The notes beneath the pieces are model-generated. The model was not told where the DNA came from, made no database searches, and saw nothing but the letters and a program-made list of their open reading frames with translations. The translations under genes were made by a program, and so were the position numbers. Below, in pieces: positions 17,708-24,000 of a stretch of 24,000 nt of DNA (positions are counted from its first letter, which is position 1; each line of letters starts with the position of its first letter). Origin of the DNA: Sinomonas atrocyanea (GTDB lineage: Bacteria; Actinomycetota; Actinomycetes; Actinomycetales; Micrococcaceae); assembly GCF_001577305.1 (NCBI RefSeq), contig NZ_CP014518.1:135365-159364 (forward strand), in the 5' to 3' direction.

Positions 17708-17724
17708 CGGGCGGCGGCGAGCCG

Positions 17725-18969
17725 TCAGCGGAAGGCGCGGAAGAAGGTCCTCACGTCGTCGACGTACGTGTCCGGCACCTCGAGGGGGGCGAAGTGGCCG
17801 CCCTCGTCATGGACGCGGTACTGCTGGAGATTGAAGTACTTCTCGGTCCACGTGCGCGGGGGCTTGTAGATCTCCCCCGGGTAGATGGACACCGCGGTGG
17901 GGGCACCCACCACGGGCAGCCCGTCGTGGCTCGGGCGCCACGGGTTCCCGCGGCATTCCCAGTAGTAGCGTGAGGAGGTCCCGCCGGTGTTGGTGAGGAA
18001 GTAGACGGCCGCGGTCGTGACGAGATCCTCCTTGGGCCACACCCGCTCGAAGGGCTCGGTGCCGACGCCGCGCTCCTCGAGTCCCCAGAAGTAGCGCTTC
18101 TCGGTGATCCAGGCCAGCTGGCCGGCGGGCGAGTCGGCGACCAGGGCCGCGAGCGTCTGCGGCTTGGTCAGCTGGATCTCCCCGTAGCCGCTCTCGTTCT
18201 GCACGAAGAGCTTGCCGCGTTCGAACCACCCCTTCTCGGTCGAGTCGTCGTACTCCTCCGCGGCCGGAAGGCCCAGGACGGGGTCGAACTTGACCCCCGG
18301 AGGGGCGTCGGGGTGCTCGGCCAGGTAGTGGCTCATCTGGGCCGGGAAGTGCGTGTAGACGCCGAAGACATCCTTCTCGTACTTGTGGCCGTGCTGCTGG
18401 GCCACGAGGGCGCCCCAGTCCCCTCCCGCGGTGGCGTACTTCTCGTACCCGAGCACCTTCTTCATGAGGGTGTTCTCGAGGTCGGCAGTCCGCCACCAGT
18501 TCCATCCCGGCTCCGTGAGCGGAGAGGAGAACCCGTAGCCGGGGAGGGAGATGAGGACGACGTCGAAGGAGTCCGCAGGGTCGCCGCCGTAGCTCGCGGG
18601 ATCGGTCAGGGGGCCGATCACCTTGCGCAGGTCCCAGAACGTCCAGGGCCACCCATGGTGGATGAGGAGGGGCATCGGGTTGGGCCCCTTCCCCTTGGCA
18701 TGGATGAAGTGGAGCGGCACGCCCATCAGGTCCGTCTTGAAGTGGGGCAGCTCATTCATCCGCCGCTCCACGTCCCGCCAGTCGTATTCGTTGATCCAGT
18801 AGTCGACGAGCTGCTTGTGGTACGCCGTGTTGTAGCCGTACCGCCAGTCGTCGTTGGCGAAGTCCTGCGGATAGCGGGTCTTGCGGAGCCGCTCGTACAT
18901 GTCCTTGAGGTCTTCTTCGGGGATGGAGATCGTGAAGGGACGGATCTCGCCTTCGTGGTGCGCAGCCAT
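17725..18969 (-). CDS. Epoxide hydrolase family protein (microsomal/N-terminal EHN type alpha/beta hydrolase)
   Basis: EIRPFTISIPEEDLKDMYERLRKTRYP N-terminal domain; LLIHHGWPWTFWDLRKVIGPL, VVLISLPGYGFSSP, ATAGGDWGALV, DEGGHFAPLEVPD. Confidence 0.92.
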   Translation of the reverse strand: MAAHHEGEIRPFTISIPEEDLKDMYERLRKTRYPQDFANDDWRYGYNTAYHKQLVDYWINEYDWRDVERRMNELPHFKTDLMGVPLHFIHAKGKGPNPMPLLIHHGWPWTFWDLRKVIGPLTDPASYGGDPADSFDVVLISLPGYGFSSPLTEPGWNWWRTADLENTLMKKVLGYEKYATAGGDWGALVAQQHGHKYEKDVFGVYTHFPAQMSHYLAEHPDAPPGVKFDPVLGLPAAEEYDDSTEKGWFERGKLFVQNESGYGEIQLTKPQTLAALVADSPAGQLAWITEKRYFWGLEERGVGTEPFERVWPKEDLVTTAAVYFLTNTGGTSSRYYWECRGNPWRPSHDGLPVVGAPTAVSIYPGEIYKPPRTWTEKYFNLQQYRVHDEGGHFAPLEVPDTYVDDVRTFFRAFR

Positions 18970-19041
18970 TGCGCCTCCTCGTGAGATGGGTGGGGTCGGA
19001 GGATGAAGTTCGTGGGGCGCCCAGGGGGCGCCGGGCGCCGT

Positions 19042-19989
19042 TCAGGCGATGTTGTAGAGGGCCCGTGCTTCCTGCTGGGTGGCGATGGGGCGGCCCACTT
19101 CGCGGGCGATCTCCTGCACCTGCTGGAGGAGCTCGAGGTTGGTCGGGTTGCGCGCCGGGTCGTAGAAGAGCTCCAGGCCGGTCTTGACGTGGCCGCCCAG
19201 CTCGATGGCCCTGCGCAGGATCCCGGTGTCGTCCAGTGCACCCTGGCCCCAGACCGAGACGTACCACGGATGCTTGACCTTGGCCTCCTCGATCATCCAG
19301 AGGTAGTAGTAGAGGCTTTCGAGGCTCGGCTTCATGCCGTTGGTGCCGATGGGCTCGGTGGCCGTGAGGCCGTAGTCGCCGATGAGGTAGAAGTCCCACA
19401 TCGAACCGGGTGTCGAGAGCCCGCGGTTCACGTAGTGCATCGCGTGGCGCAGATGTCCGGGCTCGTAGATGCCGAAGACCATGGCAAGATCGCGTTCTCG
19501 GAACATCTTGACCTGGCTGGCGACCCGCTTGAAGTTGAACCCGAACTCCGGCCCCGAGAGGTACCCCTCCTCGTCGGTGTCCACTGCGAAGAGCGTCAGG
19601 CCGGTGTCGACGCAGCCGATCCGCACGTTCGCGCCCTCGTAGAGGAACGGCACATGCTCCAGGCCGTTCTCCTCGGGCTGCAGCCGGAGGTTGTTGCAGG
19701 TCGTGGGGTACCAGGTGATGTCCGGGTACTTGGCAAGAACGCTCTCCCACGTGCGCATGTAGTCTTTGTAGGCGTTCTCGCCGAGCAGGTCGAAGCTCGT
19801 ATTGTGGGCGTGGATGGCGCCCGCGCCGGCCTCCCAGCACCGGATGGCATCCTCGGCGATCTCCTCGTAGGTGATCGGGGTGTTCGGGTTCATCTCCTTG
19901 GTGCGGACCCCGTTGATGTGGGACTCGATGACCACCGGATAGTCCCACTGCGGTTCCATGTCCGCGTACTTGTCCAGTGCAGTAGGCAC
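19042..19989 (-). CDS. BKACE / DUF849 family (3-keto-5-aminohexanoate cleavage enzyme-like)
   Basis: VVIESHINGVRTKEMNPNTPITYEEIAEDAIRCWEAGAGAIHAHN, VKTGLELFYDP, EIAREVGRPIATQQEARALYNI. Likely GTG start at 19989 (GGAGG-TAGCC-GTG); ORF-track start at 20067 runs through the putative operator. Confidence 0.88.
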   Translation of the reverse strand: MPTALDKYADMEPQWDYPVVIESHINGVRTKEMNPNTPITYEEIAEDAIRCWEAGAGAIHAHNTSFDLLGENAYKDYMRTWESVLAKYPDITWYPTTCNNLRLQPEENGLEHVPFLYEGANVRIGCVDTGLTLFAVDTDEEGYLSGPEFGFNFKRVASQVKMFRERDLAMVFGIYEPGHLRHAMHYVNRGLSTPGSMWDFYLIGDYGLTATEPIGTNGMKPSLESLYYYLWMIEEAKVKHPWYVSVWGQGALDDTGILRRAIELGGHVKTGLELFYDPARNPTNLELLQQVQEIAREVGRPIATQQEARALYNIA

Positions 19990-20032
19990 GGCTACCTCCA
20001 AGAGCGACGGACCGAGCGGCCCGATGACAGCT

Positions 20033-20046
20033 GTGAATTGATATTC
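20033..20046 (-). promoter_or_regulatory. Putative operator GTGAATTGATATTC (shared motif, copy 3, inverted)
   Basis: Reverse complement GAATATCAATTCAC matches copies 1 and 2; 43 bp upstream of the BKACE GTG start. Confidence 0.5.
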
Positions 20047-20131
20047 GTAGATCCAATCAATATGCACTCATGGTGCGATGCGGATCACACTGCTGTCAAC
20101 GGTCCGTGCGGAATCGATGCTCTCCGCGCCG

Positions 20132-21136
20132 TCAGGGGGCGGTGCGGGCCCCTGCCCGTGCGGCCTCGGCGGCTGAGCCGGCCGGCTCGCTCAGGAGGAA
20201 GGCCGCGGTTCCCGCATCAGTGACGAGGGTGTCCACCCAGCCTCCGGCCACCGCGGCGCGGATGGCCTGGTGCTTGCGTTCCCCACCGGCCACGGCCCAC
20301 CGGTGGCGGGCGTTCCGGAGCTGGTCGAGCGTCACTCCGACCACGAGGTCTTCGAGCTCGGAGTCGATCGGCTTCCCCTCCGCATCGATGAAGTGCAGGC
20401 ATACCTCGCCGACCGCGCCCCGCTCCCGGACGTGCTCGAACTGCTCATCCGTGAAGAAGTTGTCTCCGGAGCGCAGCTCGGGGTCCCGCTCGCACGTGCC
20501 GATGCCGACGAGCGCGACGTCGATGGAGTCCAGCATCTCCATGGCCATGCGCACGTACGGGTCCCGCGCGATGAGGAGCTCCTTGATCTCGCGGCTGGGC
20601 ACGACTCCCGGGGTCCGGAGGAAGACCGGCTGGGCGCCGGTCAGCGTGGCGAACTGCTGGGTGGAGCGGGCCGCATCGTGCTGCAGCTCGGGCGGCCCGA
20701 GGTCACCGAGGGTCTCCACCACGTACTCGCCGCGCGTCCGCAGGGGCAGGAGGGCATCGACCATGAGCCGCAGCGTCTTGCTCCACGAGGTGAAGGCGAT
20801 CGTCTTCACCTCGAACGCCAGCTCGTAGAGGAGGGAGGCCATGGTGTGGGCGAGGTCCTTGTTGACCTCGGACTCGTCGTGGCTGACCGTGTCGACCACG
20901 TGCACCTCGCTGAGTCCGTAGCGCGCCTCGATCTGCTCCTCGAGCTCGGCATGGATGTGCTGGGGCACGGCGACGACGGTCCGGACGATCGAGGCCTCTT
21001 CGGCCTGGGCGAGCAGCCGGGAGACGCGCGACTGGGAGATCTGGAGACGCTTGGCGATCTCCGTCTGGCGCACGCCGTGCGTGTGGTAGAGCCGCGCCAC
21101 TTTGATCATGAGGCGCTGGGTGTCATTGTCAGCCAT
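20132..21136 (-). CDS. SorC-family sugar-binding transcriptional regulator (EryD/DeoR-like)
   Basis: RLMIKVARLYHTHGVRQTEIAKRLQISQSRVSRLLAQAEEASIV (HTH), C-terminal sugar-binding domain DVALVGIGTC...; start at 21136 rather than 21247. Confidence 0.92.
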   Translation of the reverse strand: MADNDTQRLMIKVARLYHTHGVRQTEIAKRLQISQSRVSRLLAQAEEASIVRTVVAVPQHIHAELEEQIEARYGLSEVHVVDTVSHDESEVNKDLAHTMASLLYELAFEVKTIAFTSWSKTLRLMVDALLPLRTRGEYVVETLGDLGPPELQHDAARSTQQFATLTGAQPVFLRTPGVVPSREIKELLIARDPYVRMAMEMLDSIDVALVGIGTCERDPELRSGDNFFTDEQFEHVRERGAVGEVCLHFIDAEGKPIDSELEDLVVGVTLDQLRNARHRWAVAGGERKHQAIRAAVAGGWVDTLVTDAGTAAFLLSEPAGSAAEAARAGARTAP

Positions 21137-21256
21137 GGTGCTCCGTTTCTTGCCTGTCAGGGAGGAGTATCGCGCGGCGGGCGCCGTCACCGGAACCCCC
21201 GACCCTTGACACCGGGATCGCCGCAGCAGACACTCGTAAATGTCCATGCGACTGCT

Positions 21257-21268
21257 AAATATTTATTC
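21257..21268. promoter_or_regulatory. AT-rich palindromic element ahead of GlpD-like gene
   Basis: AAATATTTATTC containing the perfect palindrome TAAATATTTA (21256-21265), in the divergent intergenic region; similar to AATATTTACTC at 5076-5086. Confidence 0.35.
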
Positions 21269-21298
21269 TAGCGATGTTCCGGCAGGAAGGAAACTGCA

Positions 21299-22939
21299 AT
21301 GGAGGAGCTGGCTGCCCCGTTCGACCTCATCGTCGTAGGCGGGGGCATCAACGGGCTCGGAATCGCCCGCGACGCCGCGGTGCGCGGCCTGCGGGTGATC
21401 CTGCTGGAGCAGGACGACCTGTGCAGCGGGGTGTCGGCCTGGTCGGGCCGCCTCGTCCACGGTGGCCTCCGCTACCTCGAGCATCGCGACTTCCCCCTCG
21501 TGCGGGAGTCGCTGCGCGAACGCGAACGGCTCTTCCGCCTTGCCCCGCACCTCGTGAAGCCGCTGCGCCTCCTCATGCCAATGTACTCCCACAGCAGGCG
21601 TCCGGCGTGGCTGATCCGGGTGGGGATGTACCTCTACGACGCGCTCTCGTTCGACAAGAAGACCGAGGGCCATGAGGTCCTCAGTGCCGAGGCGACACGC
21701 AGGCGGTTCCCCGGCATCGCCGACGACGGCCTCCGGGGCGCGGTCGTGTTCACCGACGGGCAGGTCGAGTACGCCGAGCGGCTGTGCGCCGAGGTGGCCG
21801 TCGCCGCGGCCGGCGCCGGGGCCGTGATCCGGACCAAGGCCCGGGTGGAGGAGCCCGTCATGAAGGCCGGGCGGGTGGCGGGCGTCCGGTTCCGCGACAT
21901 GCTCACGGGAGAGATGCACGAGGCCCTCGCGCCGGTCGTCTTCAACGTCGCCGGTCCGTGGATCGACCGCATCTTCCGGCGCGGGGCGCCCGAGCAGCCA
22001 CGGCTCAACGGCGGGACGAAGGGGAGCCACCTCGTGGTGGACCCGTTCCCCGGGGCGCCCTCCGACGTGGTCTACTACGAGTCCAAGACCGACGGCCGCC
22101 TGGTCCTCGTGATCCCCTGGATGGGCCGCTACCTGATCGGCACCACCGACCTCCGCTTCGACGCCGATCCGGGCGAGGCCAGGTGCGACGCCGACGAGAT
22201 GGCGTACCTGCTCGGCGAGGTGAACGAGCTGATCCCCGAGGCGCACCTGACGCCGGACGACGTGCTGTTCACCTACTCCGGGGTCCGGCCGCTGCCGTAC
22301 GCCCCGGGGGTGCCCGAGTGGCGGGTGCCGCGCAGCCATATCCTCCACGACCACGCCCCCGACCTCCCCGGCCTGGTGACCGTGGTCGGCGGGAAGCTGA
22401 CGACGTATCGCCAGCTCGCCCAGGACGCGGTCGACGACGTGTTCAAGCGGCTGGGCCGCAAGAGCCCCGCCTGCGTCACGGCCAACCTCCCGCTGCCCGG
22501 GGCCGCGGGGAACCTCGAGGAGGCCCGAGGGCACCTCCTGGCCGGTGGCCTGCCGGCGGCGACCGCAGACCGGCTCGTGGCCCTCTACGGAAGCCGGGCA
22601 CTCGACGTCGTCCGCGAGGCCGAGGGCGACAGCAGCCTCCTCGCCGTGCTGGACCCGGGAACGGGAGCCATCGCCGCCGAGCTGGTGTTCGCCGTGCGGC
22701 ACGAGTTCGCCAAGACGCTCACCGACGTCCTGGCCCGGCGCATGCTCCTCGCCTTCGAACCCGACCACGGGGTCCCGGCCGTCCAGGAGGCCGCCGCCAT
22801 CCTGGCCTCGCAGCTCGGCTGGGACGCGGAAAGGAAGGCCAGCGAGATCGCCGCGTACTTCGACTGGCTGTCCCGCCTCGCCGTTCCCGGCCGCGCCGGA
22901 GCGCAGGCGGACAGCGCCCTGGGGGGACCGGTCCGGTGA
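21299..22939 (+). CDS. FAD-dependent glycerol-3-phosphate dehydrogenase family (GlpD-like; EryB-like alternative possible)
   Basis: FDLIVVGGGINGLGIARDAAVRGLRVILLEQDDLCSGVSAWSGRLVHGGLRYLEH, YLIGTTDLRFD, VVGGKLTTYRQLAQDAVD; RBS region GGAAGGAAACTGCA. Confidence 0.9.
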   Translation: MEELAAPFDLIVVGGGINGLGIARDAAVRGLRVILLEQDDLCSGVSAWSGRLVHGGLRYLEHRDFPLVRESLRERERLFRLAPHLVKPLRLLMPMYSHSRRPAWLIRVGMYLYDALSFDKKTEGHEVLSAEATRRRFPGIADDGLRGAVVFTDGQVEYAERLCAEVAVAAAGAGAVIRTKARVEEPVMKAGRVAGVRFRDMLTGEMHEALAPVVFNVAGPWIDRIFRRGAPEQPRLNGGTKGSHLVVDPFPGAPSDVVYYESKTDGRLVLVIPWMGRYLIGTTDLRFDADPGEARCDADEMAYLLGEVNELIPEAHLTPDDVLFTYSGVRPLPYAPGVPEWRVPRSHILHDHAPDLPGLVTVVGGKLTTYRQLAQDAVDDVFKRLGRKSPACVTANLPLPGAAGNLEEARGHLLAGGLPAATADRLVALYGSRALDVVREAEGDSSLLAVLDPGTGAIAAELVFAVRHEFAKTLTDVLARRMLLAFEPDHGVPAVQEAAAILASQLGWDAERKASEIAAYFDWLSRLAVPGRAGAQADSALGGPVR

Positions 22940-24000
22940 CTGCGCGGTACGTCCTCGCGCTGGACGAGGGCTCCACGAGCGCCAGGGCAGTCCTGGTCAG
23001 CCTCGAGGGCGAGATCGTCGCCGAGGCACGCAATCCGGTGGTCCCGACGTTCCCGCGGCCCCGCTGGGTGGAGCTCGATCCGATGGCCCTCTGGGAGACC
23101 CAGCGCCGGAGCATGCAGGCGGCCATGGCCAAGGTCGGCGCGACCACGGACGATCTCGCGGCGGTGGGGATCACCACCCACCGCGAGACGTGCCTGGTCT
23201 GGGACAGGCGCACCGGCGAACCTGTCCACCCGGCCCTGATGTGGATGTCGAAGCAGACCGACGCGATCATCGACGGCTGGCGCCTGGACGGCCTGGACGC
23301 CGAGTTCAGGAGCAGGACGGGCCTCTTCAACGACTCCTTCTTCAGCGCGGCGAAGCTCGCCTGGATCCTGGAGAACGTCCCGGGTGCGCGCGCCCGCGCG
23401 GAGCGGGGCGAGCTCGCGGCCGGCACCGTGGACACGTGGCTCCTCTGGCAGCTCACCGGCGGCAGATCGCACTTCACGGACCACAGCGAGGCGTCCCGGA
23501 CGGCCCTCTTCTCGCTCGACGCGCTCGACTGGGACGAGAAGCTCGCCGAAGCGTGCGGCATCCCGCTGCGCCTGCTGCCCCCGGCCCTCGCCTCAGACTC
23601 GCACTTCGGCGAGATGCGGCCGCAGGACGTGGGGCTGCCGGGGACCGCCTCGGTCCCCATCATGGCCATCATGGCCGACCAGCAGGCGGGGATGTTCGGG
23701 CAGGCCTGCTTCGAGTCCGGCTCGGTCAAGAACACCTACGGCACGGCGGGCGTGCTCACCGCCAACACCGGCTCCACGCCGGTCGTCGTGGACGGGCTGA
23801 CGGCCAGCGTCGGCTGGACGGTGGCCGGCACCACGGCGTACGAGCTCGAGGGCGTCGTGTTCCACTGCGGCCAGACGCTCCAGTGGATGCGCGAGCGCCT
23901 CGGGGTGCTCAAGCCCGAGGAGCAGATCGAGGAGGTCGCCTCGCGCGTGCCGGACACGGGCGGCGTCTACGTGGTGCCCGCCTTCGCCGGGCTGTGCGCG
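22936..24000 (+). CDS. Glycerol kinase-like FGGY kinase (partial, runs off window)
   Basis: GTG start overlapping GlpD-like stop (GTGA); open for 355 codons to the window end: VTARYVLALDEGSTSARAVLVS..., GITTHRETCLVWDRRTGEP, IMADQQAGMFGQACFESGSVKNTYGTAGVLTANTG. Not listed in the ORF track because no stop is reached. Confidence 0.9.
   Translation, partial: MTARYVLALDEGSTSARAVLVSLEGEIVAEARNPVVPTFPRPRWVELDPMALWETQRRSMQAAMAKVGATTDDLAAVGITTHRETCLVWDRRTGEPVHPALMWMSKQTDAIIDGWRLDGLDAEFRSRTGLFNDSFFSAAKLAWILENVPGARARAERGELAAGTVDTWLLWQLTGGRSHFTDHSEASRTALFSLDALDWDEKLAEACGIPLRLLPPALASDSHFGEMRPQDVGLPGTASVPIMAIMADQQAGMFGQACFESGSVKNTYGTAGVLTANTGSTPVVVDGLTASVGWTVAGTTAYELEGVVFHCGQTLQWMRERLGVLKPEEQIEEVASRVPDTGGVYVVPAFAGLCA

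Noticed and set aside
19020-19042. GGCGCCC/GGGCGCC mini-hairpin between BKACE and epoxide hydrolase
   Set aside because: Only about a 7-bp stem in very GC-rich DNA; too weak to call.
20175-20192. Palindrome GAGCCGGCCGGCTC near the end of the SorC regulator gene
   Set aside because: Short GC-only palindrome within coding sequence; expected often by chance at this base composition.
21263-22768. 501-aa minus-strand ORF antisense to GlpD-like gene
   Set aside because: The GlpD-like plus-strand protein has FAD-binding and family motifs; the antisense frame has none.
1-24000. CRISPR arrays, tRNA/rRNA genes, transposases, phage or defence genes, toxin-antitoxin pairs
   Set aside because: Looked for repeat-spacer periodicity, transposase/integrase motifs and characteristic RNA gene sequence; none seen by eye. 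A tool-based scan (tRNAscan, Infernal, CRISPR finder) would be needed to exclude them formally.

Overview
High-GC, actinobacterial-looking 24 kb window devoted almost entirely to carbohydrate/polyol uptake and catabolism. No rRNA, tRNA, CRISPR array or mobile element was recognised. LEFT (+ strand): RbsC-type ABC permease, AraM/glycerol-1-phosphate-dehydrogenase-like enzyme, FGGY kinase, NagD-like HAD phosphatase, then (after an AT-rich promoter-like gap) TPP-dependent E1 alpha, E1 beta, a standalone 80-aa lipoyl-domain protein, a class II aldolase and a standalone E2 catalytic domain. This is a 2-oxoacid/acetoin-dehydrogenase-like complex whose E2 is split around an aldolase gene. MIDDLE (- strand): UlaA-like PTS IIC; a PTS IIB gene that has lost its 5' end and active-site Cys, abutting head-to-head a + strand C-terminal remnant of a second IIB (apparent deletion scar); PepD-like dipeptidase; and a complete sugar ABC transporter (permease, ATPase, permease, lipoprotein binding protein). 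RIGHT: epoxide hydrolase, BKACE/DUF849 enzyme and SorC-family regulator (all -), diverging from GlpD-like and glycerol-kinase-like genes (+; the kinase runs off the window and is absent from the ORF track). A near-identical AT-rich motif (STGAATTGWWATTC) lies upstream of E1 alpha, the ABC binding protein and the BKACE gene, suggesting a shared regulon. The best candidates for something undescribed are this putative regulon with its split E2/aldolase module, and the truncated-IIB junction.
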